Shown in pieces: positions 17,155 through 25,993 of a stretch of 52,399 nt of DNA (the stretch's first letter is position 1; each line of letters opens with the position of its first letter). This stretch comes from Candidatus Saccharimonadia bacterium. GTDB taxonomy: Bacteria > Patescibacteriota > Saccharimonadia > UBA4664. Made by a program: the position numbers and the translations under genes. A model generated the notes under the pieces. That model was not told the origin of the DNA. It searched no databases and worked only from the letters and a program-made list of their open reading frames with translations. The stretch is from contig DATDME010000098.1 of the NCBI GenBank assembly GCA_036518915.1, forward strand, positions 1 to 52,399, in the 5' to 3' direction.

Positions 17155-17532
17155 ATGCGAAACGCATACGAACTAGTGGTGCTGTTGCACCCCGATCTGG
17201 AGATTGACGTTGAAGCGCCAATTGCTAAGGTCGAAGGGCTGATCGGCGCGGTCGGTGGTAAAGTTACCAAGCGCGACAACTGGGGCAAGAAGCGCTTGGC
17301 TTACAAGATCAAGCGTCAAGATTTTGCCATTTATGTTTACTTCGAGGTAGAGCTAGAACCGGCGGCCGTGCGCCAGCTGGAAAGCACTATTCTCATCACC
17401 GAAGAGGTGCTGCGGCATTTGCTCGTCGCCCATGAAGAGAGCGAGCCGCAGGCGAATGCGAAGAAGTCGTCCGACAAGAAGCGCGAAGTAACGGCTGAAG
17501 AACCAGCCAAGACCGAGGAGGGAACCAACTAA
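17155..17532 (+). CDS. rpsF: 30S ribosomal protein S6
   Basis: MRNAYELVVLLHPDLE.. The internal ATG at 17155 with SD aaagga is preferred over the ORF-track start at 17083. Acidic C-terminal tail. Confidence 0.93.
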   Translation: MRNAYELVVLLHPDLEIDVEAPIAKVEGLIGAVGGKVTKRDNWGKKRLAYKIKRQDFAIYVYFEVELEPAAVRQLESTILITEEVLRHLLVAHEESEPQANAKKSSDKKREVTAEEPAKTEEGTN

Positions 17533-17996
17533 TGGCCAAGAGCTTTAACCAAGCGATCGTGATGGGTAACTTAACCCGCGACCCCGAACTGCGGACCACG
17601 CCAAGTGGCCAGCAGGTGGCATCGTTCGCGGTTGCCACCAACCGAACCTGGATGGACGGCAGCGGTGAGCGCAAAGAGGCGGTGGAATATCACGAAATTG
17701 TGGCTTGGGGAAAGCTCGGCGAGTTGGCAGCCCAATATCTGTCGAAGGGCCGGAAGGTGATGGTAGTTGGCCGCTTACAGACCCAAAGCTGGGAGAAGGA
17801 CGGCGTGAAGCGGTCGCGCACTGAGATCGTGGCCACGGATGTTAACTTCCTGGATGGGCCTGGCGGCACCGGCAACTTTACCGGTGGTGCGCCGAGCAGC
17901 AGTAATGCTGGTGGCGGCAACCGCAAGTCGGACGACGTGGTTATTCAGGACCTCGACGGCGACCAAACCATCAATCTCGACGACATCCCGTTCTAG
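17532..17996 (+). CDS. ssb: Single-stranded DNA-binding protein
   Basis: 154 aa. OB fold (NQAIVMGNLTRDPELRTTPSG), Gly-rich linker and a C-terminal DDIPF tip. TAATG overlap with rpsF. Confidence 0.95.
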   Translation: MAKSFNQAIVMGNLTRDPELRTTPSGQQVASFAVATNRTWMDGSGERKEAVEYHEIVAWGKLGELAAQYLSKGRKVMVVGRLQTQSWEKDGVKRSRTEIVATDVNFLDGPGGTGNFTGGAPSSSNAGGGNRKSDDVVIQDLDGDQTINLDDIPF

Positions 17997-18005
17997 TCTT
18001 TGCAC

Positions 18006-18104
18006 ATTTTGTACATTTCATCGTCATAGCTTGTGCTCCGCACTCACCGTACGTCTAGTACGGCTCGCTTACGGTGCTCGCTTTTCCTCGAACTGTAGCA
18101 AAAT
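18006..18104. repeat. Palindromic intergenic element E1 (between ssb and rpsR)
   Basis: Arms attttgtaca (18006-18015) and tgtagcaaaat (18094-18104). The core ccgtacgtctagtacggct (18047-18065) matches 47423-47442 apart from a 1-nt indel. Confidence 0.6.
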
Positions 18105-18140
18105 CCGCAAAGCCTAATTAAGTAGCAATAAGGAAATTTA

Positions 18141-18359
18141 ATGGCTAATTTTTACTCAAAGAAAGTTTGTCGGTTTTGTGCCGAGAAAGTCGAATACGTC
18201 GATTACAAAGACGTGAAGCTGTTGCAGCGCTATCTGTCGGCTTATGGCAAAATTGAAGGCCGTAAGCGGACTGGTAACTGCCTGCGCCACCAGCGCCGCG
18301 TCGCCGTGGCTCTTAAGCGGGCCCGTCACATCGCATTGCTGCCATTCGTAGTCCGCTAA
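18141..18359 (+). CDS. rpsR: 30S ribosomal protein S18
   Basis: 72 aa. [31 protein letters not shown] aagga. Confidence 0.95.
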   Translation: MANFYSKKVCRFCAEKVEYVDYKDVKLLQRYLSAYGKIEGRKRTGNCLRHQRRVAVALKRARHIALLPFVVR

Positions 18360-18371
18360 CAAGGAGCTCAC

Positions 18372-18935
18372 ATGGTTCTAGGTCACACCGATTTAAAAGT
18401 TGGGACGCTGATCGAACTCGATGGCGTGCCATATCGTGTAACTGACTACACTCATAAGGCCATGGGCCGGGGTGGAGCAGTGGTGCAGGTGAAAATAAAA
18501 AACCTGCTGACGGGTAACATTCTGGAGCGCTCGTTCCGGTCGGCCGACAAAGTGAACTCGGCGGAGGTGGTGCGGGCCAACGTGCAGCTGCTGTACCGTG
18601 AGGGCGCCAATATGGTCTTCATGAACAACGAAACCTATGAGCAAGACACGGTGGCGGCGGATCTCCTGGGGGAGCAGGCCAAATATGTGGCTGAAAGCTC
18701 GAACGTGCAGCTGCTGAGCTTCAATGACAAGGTAATTGGCATGGAAATGCCCAACGCGGTGTTCCTGAGCGTGGCCGAAACCGAGCCGGGCGCCAAGGGC
18801 GATACTGCCACTACGGCGCTTAAACCGGCGGTACTGGAGACCGGCGCGAGCGTGATGGTGCCGTTGTTTATCAACGAAGGCGACCGAATCAAGGTCAACA
18901 CGCTGAGCGGTGATTACCTAGAGCGCGCCAAGTAG
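18372..18935 (+). CDS. efp: Elongation factor P (Arg at the modification-loop tip)
   Basis: 187 aa. The loop KAMGRGGAVVQVKIKNLLTG resembles Arg32-type EF-P (KSGRNAAVVKMKLKNLLTG in Pseudomonas). SD aaggag. Confidence 0.93.
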   Translation: MVLGHTDLKVGTLIELDGVPYRVTDYTHKAMGRGGAVVQVKIKNLLTGNILERSFRSADKVNSAEVVRANVQLLYREGANMVFMNNETYEQDTVAADLLGEQAKYVAESSNVQLLSFNDKVIGMEMPNAVFLSVAETEPGAKGDTATTALKPAVLETGASVMVPLFINEGDRIKVNTLSGDYLERAK

Positions 18936-19066
18936 CCATGCGGCTTGTGTTGTCATACCCGTATACGGGTGAAGACAGGGTGGTCATTCACGACATAATG
19001 CAAACCGCAGGTTGTCGCTTTGACCGCCGGGTTGGTAGCTGTTGATTGGTCATGCATAGGAGTGTC

Positions 19067-19825
19067 GTGAAACGACGGCTGGATCAGCTACTCGTTGAGC
19101 GGGACCTGGCGCCCAGCCGGACGCAGGCGCAGGCATTAATTATGGCCGGACTGGTGTCGGCGGACGGCCGGCGCCTGGATAAGCCCGGCTTGATGGTGCC
19201 GGAGGATTTGGTGCTGCAGGTGAAGCATCAGCCGCGGTATGTCAGCCGCGCCGGCGAGAAGCTGGCGAGTGTGGTGGAGGCGCTGGGCTTGGAATTTGCC
19301 GGCCAAACCGTGCTGGATGTGGGCTCATCAACCGGCGGCTTCACAGACTTCGCGCTGCAGCAGGGCGCGGCCCGGGTGTACTGCGTGGACGTCGGCACCA
19401 ACCAGTTGGCCTTTAAGTTGCGTCAGGATGAACGGGTGGTGGTGATGGAGCGAACGGATATCCGCGCCGTGACGCTCGGTGATGGTGCAACTGGGGGTGT
19501 GGGTGCGGCGGCCGCTCTGCCCGCGGCGGTGGACATGGCGGTGATGGATGTGTCGTTTGTGTCACTGACGAAAGTACTTGAGGCCACTCGGGCTCTCGTA
19601 AAGCCGGGCGGAGTGATTGTGGCGATGGCTAAGCCGCAATTTGAGGCAGGTAAAGCGCTGGCAGATAAATATCATGGCGTGATACCGCTAGGAGCGGAGC
19701 GTGAGGCTGTGCTTGAAGAGCTACGACATTGGCTCCTGGAGCATGGCTTCACTATTCTGGCCGAGGCAAATTCGGGTTTGGCTGGGGCTGAGGGTAATGT
19801 GGAACGATTTTTTAAGCTCCTATAG
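19067..19825 (+). CDS. tlyA: TlyA-family rRNA 2'-O-methyltransferase
   Basis: S4-like N-terminus (KRRLDQLLVERDLAPSRTQAQALI) and SAM motif DVGSSTGGFTD. GTG 19067 with SD aggag is preferred over the ORF-track start at 19046. Confidence 0.85.
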   Translation: MKRRLDQLLVERDLAPSRTQAQALIMAGLVSADGRRLDKPGLMVPEDLVLQVKHQPRYVSRAGEKLASVVEALGLEFAGQTVLDVGSSTGGFTDFALQQGAARVYCVDVGTNQLAFKLRQDERVVVMERTDIRAVTLGDGATGGVGAAAALPAAVDMAVMDVSFVSLTKVLEATRALVKPGGVIVAMAKPQFEAGKALADKYHGVIPLGAEREAVLEELRHWLLEHGFTILAEANSGLAGAEGNVERFFKLL

Positions 19826-19914
19826 CCCCCGCAAAACAAAACGTGTCTTTTCGCACCGATGATTCTGAACTCACGAGCACGGTGAGGGCACACGTTTGTT
19901 TTGCGGGGGCTATA
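19820..19914. repeat. Palindromic intergenic element, copy B (compact, complete)
   Basis: Left arm tatagcccccgcaaaacaaaacgtgt (19821-19846) pairs with acacgtttgttttgcgggggctata (19890-19914), with one bulge. The core contains a ctcac-gagcacg-gtgag hairpin. It overlaps the tlyA stop codon and lies between convergent tlyA and ychF. Confidence 0.75.
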
Positions 19915-19978
19915 CTGCCTTGATGGCATTATTAGTGCGGCAGAATGCTTGCCATGGCGGTCTCAAACGGGGAGCGGT

Positions 19979-21055
19979 TTAGACATTAAACCGGAACTCC
20001 ACAACATCGCCGTCTTGCATAATGTAGTCTTTGCCTTCGAGGCGGACTTTGCCGGCGGCTTTGGCGGCGGGGTAGGATCCAGCGGTGATGAGGTCGGCGT
20101 AATTGACAATCTCGGCTTTGATGAAGCCGCGCTCAAAATCGGTATGGATGACACCGGCGGCTTGGGGGGCGGTGGCGCCTTGGGGGATGGTCCAGGCGCG
20201 GGTTTCTTTGGGGCCGGTGGTGAGGTAGGTTTGGAGGCCGAGGATGTGGAAGCCGGCACGGGCCAGCTGGCTTAAGCCGCTTTCGGCCTGGCCGAGAGAA
20301 GCTAGTAATTCAGCGGCTTCAGCGGCGGGTAAATCCATTAAATCGGACTCAACTTGGGCGCAGAGGAAGATGGCTTGGGCGGGTGCAACAGATTGGGAGA
20401 GCTGCTCTTGAATACTTTTGTTGTTCAAGCCGTCTTCATCTAAATTGAACACAAAAATAAATGGTTTGGCGGATAACAGTTGTAAGTCGCGCAAGGGTTC
20501 AAGGTCGATGGCGGTGGCGGACAGGAGCTGGCCGCGGCCCAGCGCGTCTTGAGCGGCGAGGAGCGCTTGCTTGAGGGCAGCGCCGGCTTTGGGGTCGCGC
20601 TTGATCTCACCGTCAATGCGGGCGAGGCGGTGCTCGACGGTCTGCAGGTCGGCCAGCATCAACTCAGTATTGATGGTTTCAATATCGCGGGCGGGATTAG
20701 CCTCGCCGTCGACGTGGATGACGTCAGCATTATGGAAGGTCCGCACGACTTGCACGATGGCATTGGCTTCCCGGATATGGCTGAGGAACTTATTGCCGAG
20801 GCCCTCGCCGGTACTGGCGCCGCGGACAATGCCGGCAATGTCCACGAAGGTGACGCTGGCTGGCACAATCTTGGCACTGCCGGACAGCGTGGCGAGCTGG
20901 TCAAGCCGATCGTCGGGCAGGGGAACGACTCCAACATTGGGCTCGATGGTGGCAAAGGGATAGTTTGCGGCCAGGACATGGTTTTTGGTGAGGGCGTTAA
21001 ATAATGTGGACTTGCCGACGTTCGGTAGGCCCACAATCCCAAGTGATAGGCTCAT
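19979..21055 (-). CDS. ychF: Ribosome-binding ATPase YchF
   Basis: 358 aa. [19 protein letters not shown]-loop and a C-terminal TGS-like domain. Confidence 0.96.
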   Translation of the reverse strand: MSLSLGIVGLPNVGKSTLFNALTKNHVLAANYPFATIEPNVGVVPLPDDRLDQLATLSGSAKIVPASVTFVDIAGIVRGASTGEGLGNKFLSHIREANAIVQVVRTFHNADVIHVDGEANPARDIETINTELMLADLQTVEHRLARIDGEIKRDPKAGAALKQALLAAQDALGRGQLLSATAIDLEPLRDLQLLSAKPFIFVFNLDEDGLNNKSIQEQLSQSVAPAQAIFLCAQVESDLMDLPAAEAAELLASLGQAESGLSQLARAGFHILGLQTYLTTGPKETRAWTIPQGATAPQAAGVIHTDFERGFIKAEIVNYADLITAGSYPAAKAAGKVRLEGKDYIMQDGDVVEFRFNV

Positions 21056-21133
21056 AGTGACCGTATTTTACCTGAGACTAGCCGGGTTGTAAAAAATGCG
21101 CTACAGTAGCGTCAAGTAAGCGTAAGTGGATTA

Positions 21134-21658
21134 GTGCCGCAAGTCATCAACAAACGAGGTGTGTCGGGCCGTCATTTGTTTGTCGGGATAGGGGCGTTTG
21201 CGGGTTTGTTGGCATTGGTGGCCGGAGTGGGAATTTGGGTGTGGCTGAATCGTGGTTCGGCCCAACCGAGCATGGAGGAGCTATCGAACCAAGTCAGCCG
21301 GCTAGAGTTTCAGGGCAAGTTCGATGAAGCGATCCGTATCAGCAAGTCAAAATATAATACGCTCAAAACGGATAAAGACCGCTACCAGTTGGCGCTGGGT
21401 ATTGGGGCGATTTACGAAATGAAGAGTGATTATCAGCAAGCTATTACGTGGTATCAGAAGGCGAAGGGCCTGTCGTCCAATACAGCCAAAGATCGGGCGG
21501 TGGCAAATGGGCTCGCGCGGTGCTATGAGAAGCTGGGGAATAAGGCTCAGGCCCACCAGTATTATCAGATAATGTTTGATACGGTTGATAAATCAAAAAT
21601 TGGCTGGCAGGCTGAGGTAAATTGGTACACTGCTGCCTTGAAACGGACTCAGTCATGA
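21134..21658 (+). CDS. Membrane-anchored TPR-repeat protein
   Basis: 174 aa. N-terminal TM (LFVGIGAFAGLLALVAGVGIWVWL), then TPR-like repeats (..DYQQAITWYQKAKGL.., ..CYEKLGNKAQAHQYYQ..). Confidence 0.65.
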   Translation: MPQVINKRGVSGRHLFVGIGAFAGLLALVAGVGIWVWLNRGSAQPSMEELSNQVSRLEFQGKFDEAIRISKSKYNTLKTDKDRYQLALGIGAIYEMKSDYQQAITWYQKAKGLSSNTAKDRAVANGLARCYEKLGNKAQAHQYYQIMFDTVDKSKIGWQAEVNWYTAALKRTQS

Positions 21659-23643
21659 GCGCGAAGCTGATGCGGGCCATTTGCACCATAAGCTTAGCGG
21701 CATTAACGCTGGTGGCGGCGATGCCAGCGGGGGTGGCTCAGGCGATGCTGCTGCCGGCAAATAGTACAAGTAACAGCACCGGCCGGCCGGACTACCAAGG
21801 TTACTTTACGGACATCTTCCGGGATGCGCCAAGCAGTGGGGCGCTATTTGACATTGGCCTGGTTAATCCGGACGGCAGCCCTATTACGACGGCAGCGCAA
21901 TTCATTAATTTCTACCAGAGCGCATTATTCCGAAATTCGTTTTGGGGCAACCCAGACCAAGCTGAGGCGGCGGCGGCCTACACGGTGGCATTCATGTTGC
22001 ATGGTGCGAATACGACCCAATTCTGGGGACCAGATGGTGACCCAACCAACTACACCCGCGGTTTAGCTTATGCTAAAAATAATTTTTCTACCTGGGCGAA
22101 TTTGATTAACGCGTACGATACGGCTGCCCAGAATAGTGCTGGTTGGGGTGTGCGGTTTAATGTGCCGGAGACGCTGTGCCACCCGCTGTACCAGGGCAAT
22201 CTTGACCAAAGTACCCATGACGTCTTCTTTTTTGAAGACGGGTCAGATACCAACTGTGATAATGATTCGACCGTGGAGTTTGTTAATCCGCCGGATGCAT
22301 CAGGTAATTCGAGCTATTTCTTCTTGCTGATGGTTTGTGGCAACCCGTATGGTACCATAACGCAATTATCGAATGGGCCGAATTTTAATGTAGATGTCAA
22401 TGTGGCGCCGGCTCAGACGGTACGTCCTGGCGGAACGGCAACCTTGAATGTATCGCTTCAGAATACGTCGAGTACGAGCCAGGTACCGGCGGGAACGCTG
22501 GAAGCATACCAGTTTGACGCGGCGCACATGGCGGCGGCATGCGCTGGCAACTGTGCCCTAACTCCACCGCAGCAGACCGACTTGAACAATGTGACAAGTG
22601 GGGGACAAATTAGCACGCTGCACGGTTACCGGCAGTCCGCCAGCTTGTCGGGTCAGTCGGGTGCAAACTGGTACTGGGCGACGAACCAAATTCCGATTAA
22701 TACGCTTGTTCAGGGTAGTTTTCAGTTTACGGTGCCATCGAGTGCGCCGCCAGGACCGTTTTCGGTAAAAGTCTGCTTTGGTCCGGCTAACGCCGGCGGT
22801 GGTGTCCAATGCGCCACCGTGACCGTTACGGTGGCGGCGATACGCAACCCAACCGTGGTGAGCCAAAGCGGGGATATCTACGGTGGTGGTCATGTGGCGG
22901 TTGGCGGTTCGTGTACCCAGCTGGGAACCAGCTCGAACGTGTCGGCCAACCCTGGTTCCTATGGTGATTATTTGATTGCGGCCACGGGTACAATTACGGC
23001 GAGTCCAAGCTCGAATGGGTCTGGTGGTGGCACGTCGCTGAAGTTAGGTGCGACGGGTGGCTACGCCGAAATTTGCCGGCCCGATCTGTTGTCATCGGCG
23101 CTGTCCTACACCGGGACGGTGAACCCGATTACCACCACAGATTTTGATGTGACTGATAAGAGCGGCGTGTGGGAGTACACTGGCGGCGGCACGCTGAAGG
23201 TGCACGGTACGATTACCCAGCCTCTGACGGTGGTGGCGACGAGCCCGGCGGCTATCGTGCAGTTTGACAGCAATGTAGTGGTGGATCCGGCAATTCAGGC
23301 GTTTGCGCGCAACCTGCCGTCGCTGGGGGTGATTGCCAACGGGAATATTTTCATCTCCTCGTCGGTGACAAAGCTGGAAGCCTACCTGTTTTCGTCATCG
23401 GGTACGATTGACACGTGCCGGAACGCCGACGCCAGCTGTAACAATCAGCTGACGGTCAACGGCTTTTTGATGGCCAGTAACATTACTTTTGGCCGGCTGG
23501 GGCCCAACGGTACGACGGGTGCACAGCTGGCGGAGTTGATTACGCTTACACCGCAACTGTACCTGAACCCACCAATTTTGTTTGACGGTGTGGCGACCAA
23601 TGTCAGCCTGAACGGCGAGGGCGAGAAGCAACCATTATTCTAG
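21655..23643 (+). CDS. Large secreted protein of unknown function upstream of pilM
   Basis: ATG 21655 overlaps the upstream stop (ATGA). Signal peptide MSAKLMRAICTISLAALTLVAAMPAGVAQA. Rich in Asn/Thr/Ser/Gly, with several Cys pairs. No motif recognised. Confidence 0.7.
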   Translation: MSAKLMRAICTISLAALTLVAAMPAGVAQAMLLPANSTSNSTGRPDYQGYFTDIFRDAPSSGALFDIGLVNPDGSPITTAAQFINFYQSALFRNSFWGNPDQAEAAAAYTVAFMLHGANTTQFWGPDGDPTNYTRGLAYAKNNFSTWANLINAYDTAAQNSAGWGVRFNVPETLCHPLYQGNLDQSTHDVFFFEDGSDTNCDNDSTVEFVNPPDASGNSSYFFLLMVCGNPYGTITQLSNGPNFNVDVNVAPAQTVRPGGTATLNVSLQNTSSTSQVPAGTLEAYQFDAAHMAAACAGNCALTPPQQTDLNNVTSGGQISTLHGYRQSASLSGQSGANWYWATNQIPINTLVQGSFQFTVPSSAPPGPFSVKVCFGPANAGGGVQCATVTVTVAAIRNPTVVSQSGDIYGGGHVAVGGSCTQLGTSSNVSANPGSYGDYLIAATGTITASPSSNGSGGGTSLKLGATGGYAEICRPDLLSSALSYTGTVNPITTTDFDVTDKSGVWEYTGGGTLKVHGTITQPLTVVATSPAAIVQFDSNVVVDPAIQAFARNLPSLGVIANGNIFISSSVTKLEAYLFSSSGTIDTCRNADASCNNQLTVNGFLMASNITFGRLGPNGTTGAQLAELITLTPQLYLNPPILFDGVATNVSLNGEGEKQPLF

Positions 23644-23716
23644 GTCGAGCAACCTATAGTAAAACGAGGTGAGAAAGTGGTTTTTTTTGTAAAACGGTTA
23701 TGGTAAGCTAGCGGTA

Positions 23717-24760
23717 ATGGGACTGTTTGTTAAAGAGACTGAGTTTTTTGGGTTGGACATCGGCTCAACGGCCATTCGGCTGGTGCAGCTCCGGCGGGGC
23801 GGGGTACATCCGGCGCTGGTGGCGTACGGGTCGCTGCCAGTGCCGGCTAACTTGGCGATGAGCGACTCAAAAATCGATGAAGACAAGATTTCTGAGCTCA
23901 TCCGCCAGCTGTTGCGCGAAAACCGCGTGCCGTTGAAGAACGTGGTAGTGGGACTGCCGGGCAGCAAGGTGTTTGCCACGGTTATCACCACACCGAAGCT
24001 GGACCATACCCAGCTGGCCAAAGCGATTCGGTATCAAGCTGAGCAATATATTCCGATGGCAATTGACCAGGTGAAGCTGGACTGGGTTGTGGTCGACCAG
24101 AGCAAAGACGGCAAACAGCTGGAAGTGTTGCTGGTGGCGGCGCCGTCGTCGGCCGTTGATAAGTATGTGGATATTTTGGAGAGCGCTGGTTTGGAGCCAT
24201 TGGCGCTGGAGGCGAACGCGGTAGCCGTGGCCCGGTCGTTGGTGCCGCTGAGTACTATGGGCGTGGTGATTGTGGACTTTGGCGCGTTGGACAGCGATGT
24301 ATCGATTGTGCTGAATAACACGCCGCGTTTGATACGGTCGGTGCCGGTGGGCGGCCTGACGTTTGTGCGGTCAGTTTCGCAGAATCTGGGTCTTGATGAA
24401 GTGCAGGCTACGCAGTTTACCTACAAGTTCGGTCTGACGCAGTCTAAGTTGGAAGGTCAGGTATTTAAGGCCATTAAGCCGACGCTCGACAGCTTGGTGG
24501 CAGAAATTGATAAGTCTACCAAGTATTTCGTGGGCCGGTATCCGGATGTTAAGCTGGAAAAGTTGGTCATTACCGGCACGGCTTCCAGTTTGCCTGAGTT
24601 GGGTCCGTTCTTGGCGAACTCCACGGGTTTGCCAGTGGAGTTTGGTAATGCCTGGATTAACACATCGTACCCAGCTGGGTTGCAAGATAAACTGATGGGC
24701 TTGTCGGCGGAATACGCTGCGGCCGTGGGTCTGGCGGCCCGGGGAATGGTGGAGTCATGA
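23717..24760 (+). CDS. pilM: Type IV pilus assembly protein PilM (actin-like ATPase fold)
   Basis: 347 aa. N-terminal FGLDIGSTAIRLVQL. Position and length are typical and it overlaps pilN by 4 nt. Confidence 0.88.
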   Translation: MGLFVKETEFFGLDIGSTAIRLVQLRRGGVHPALVAYGSLPVPANLAMSDSKIDEDKISELIRQLLRENRVPLKNVVVGLPGSKVFATVITTPKLDHTQLAKAIRYQAEQYIPMAIDQVKLDWVVVDQSKDGKQLEVLLVAAPSSAVDKYVDILESAGLEPLALEANAVAVARSLVPLSTMGVVIVDFGALDSDVSIVLNNTPRLIRSVPVGGLTFVRSVSQNLGLDEVQATQFTYKFGLTQSKLEGQVFKAIKPTLDSLVAEIDKSTKYFVGRYPDVKLEKLVITGTASSLPELGPFLANSTGLPVEFGNAWINTSYPAGLQDKLMGLSAEYAAAVGLAARGMVES

Positions 24761-25347
24761 GCGTATTACTCAACTTACTACCAGACCTACGCCAGGCGAA
24801 GCTGCGTGAGCAACGTCGTCGGCAGATGGCGGTGGGTATATCGGTGCTGGTGTGGGCGGCATGCGCTGGTGTGGTGCTGGTACTGTTCCTGTTTTCCGCT
24901 GGCCAGGCGGTGCAGATCGCAGTTCATTCGCACAACATTGACGACACCAAGACCAAGCTGCAGAGTGTCTCTGGCTTAACTGGCGCTCTCACCGCCGCAC
25001 AGCACTTGAATGCCCTGCCAGAGTTGTATGCTAACCGGGTGCTGTTTACCAAGTTTTTTGGCGCATACCAAGACGCTGATCCGCTTGACGTGACGCTGAG
25101 TTCTCTGCACGTGAACGAGGCCAATGTCTTAACCGTTAACGGTGTGAGCAAGAGTTATGCCGCGCTGGCCAAGCTCCAGCGCGCGATGGAGCTCTCGAAC
25201 GTCTCGGTGGGCCAGCGTGCTAGTGCTCAAAACACACCGTACTTCTCGAATGTCTCGTTGGACAGCGCAGTTAACACTACCGGCAAGGGGATTAATTTTA
25301 CTCTCAGTGCCCAGGTATCTTCGGAGGCCCTTCATGCCAAGCAATAA
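24757..25347 (+). CDS. pilN: Type IV pilus assembly protein PilN
   Basis: 196 aa. LNLLPDLRQAKLREQRRRQ followed by a single TM, the canonical PilN N-terminus. Confidence 0.85.
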   Translation: MSVLLNLLPDLRQAKLREQRRRQMAVGISVLVWAACAGVVLVLFLFSAGQAVQIAVHSHNIDDTKTKLQSVSGLTGALTAAQHLNALPELYANRVLFTKFFGAYQDADPLDVTLSSLHVNEANVLTVNGVSKSYAALAKLQRAMELSNVSVGQRASAQNTPYFSNVSLDSAVNTTGKGINFTLSAQVSSEALHAKQ

Positions 25348-25993
25348 AGCTGCCAAGGCCGCTTTGGCCGGTAACAATTTAATTCTTGTGCTTATGCTGG
25401 TGTCATTTTTGGCGGTTGGTGCGGGTGTGTTGGTGGGCAAGTCACTGGTAGCCACCATCTTGCTTAACAAAAAGGTGCTGGATGCCAAAATCAAGGCGGA
25501 TAAGCAGCTGGCAACTGATTACGAAAACTCCAGTAAGCTCGTAGCGGAGTATGGTAATCTCGGTCCGCTGGCGCGACTGGTGAATGACTCATTGCCGACG
25601 ACCAAAGATATCCCGGGGATATTGGTGACATTGGAAAATATGGGTTTGCAGTCTGGTTTGACGATTAAGTCGGTGGCGCCGGTGACGGTGGGCTCAACGG
25701 CTAGTGCGGCGGGATCTACTGAAACATCCAACGCCAGCTCGACTACCGGGCCGGTGCCGGCCGAAAAGGTGGGCGTGCCCCAGCCGCAATCTTTTGTGGT
25801 CACGGTCGGCTTTAACGGTTCGTACACGGCGCTCCAAAAATTCTTGGCGGATGTGGAAACTTCGGTGCGGCCGATGCGGCTGGTCAATCTGCAACTGAGT
25901 GGTGGTGGTAACTCACTGGGTGGCCAAGCTGATATCCAAACGTACTACCAGGACAAGGCGAGCCTGCCGATTGAGACGGAGACCATCAAATGA
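25334..25993 (+). CDS. pilO: PilO-like pilus assembly protein
   Basis: ATG 25334 (MPSNKAAKAALAGNNLILVLMLVSFLAVGAG..), a single TM plus coiled coil. The ORF-track start at 25157 would overlap pilN by 190 nt and was rejected. Confidence 0.7.
   Translation: MPSNKAAKAALAGNNLILVLMLVSFLAVGAGVLVGKSLVATILLNKKVLDAKIKADKQLATDYENSSKLVAEYGNLGPLARLVNDSLPTTKDIPGILVTLENMGLQSGLTIKSVAPVTVGSTASAAGSTETSNASSTTGPVPAEKVGVPQPQSFVVTVGFNGSYTALQKFLADVETSVRPMRLVNLQLSGGGNSLGGQADIQTYYQDKASLPIETETIK

Noticed and set aside
19820-19914. TTTTGTTTTG..GCTATAG motif considered as a promoter (TTG...TATA-like).
   Set aside because: The spacing between the TTG-like and TATAG parts is only 8-9 nt. The motif occurs in both orientations and, in copy B, between convergent genes where no promoter is needed.
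25157-25333. N-terminal extensions proposed by the ORF track for several genes: pilO-like (25157), PilX-like (33344), pilD (31282), rplY (50928), rpsF (17083), FMN reductase (44255), the HExxH protein (45888) and xerC/D (36700).
   Set aside because: The extensions overlap upstream genes or a terminator, translate as low-complexity sequence, and better internal starts with an SD or ATGA/TAATG coupling exist.
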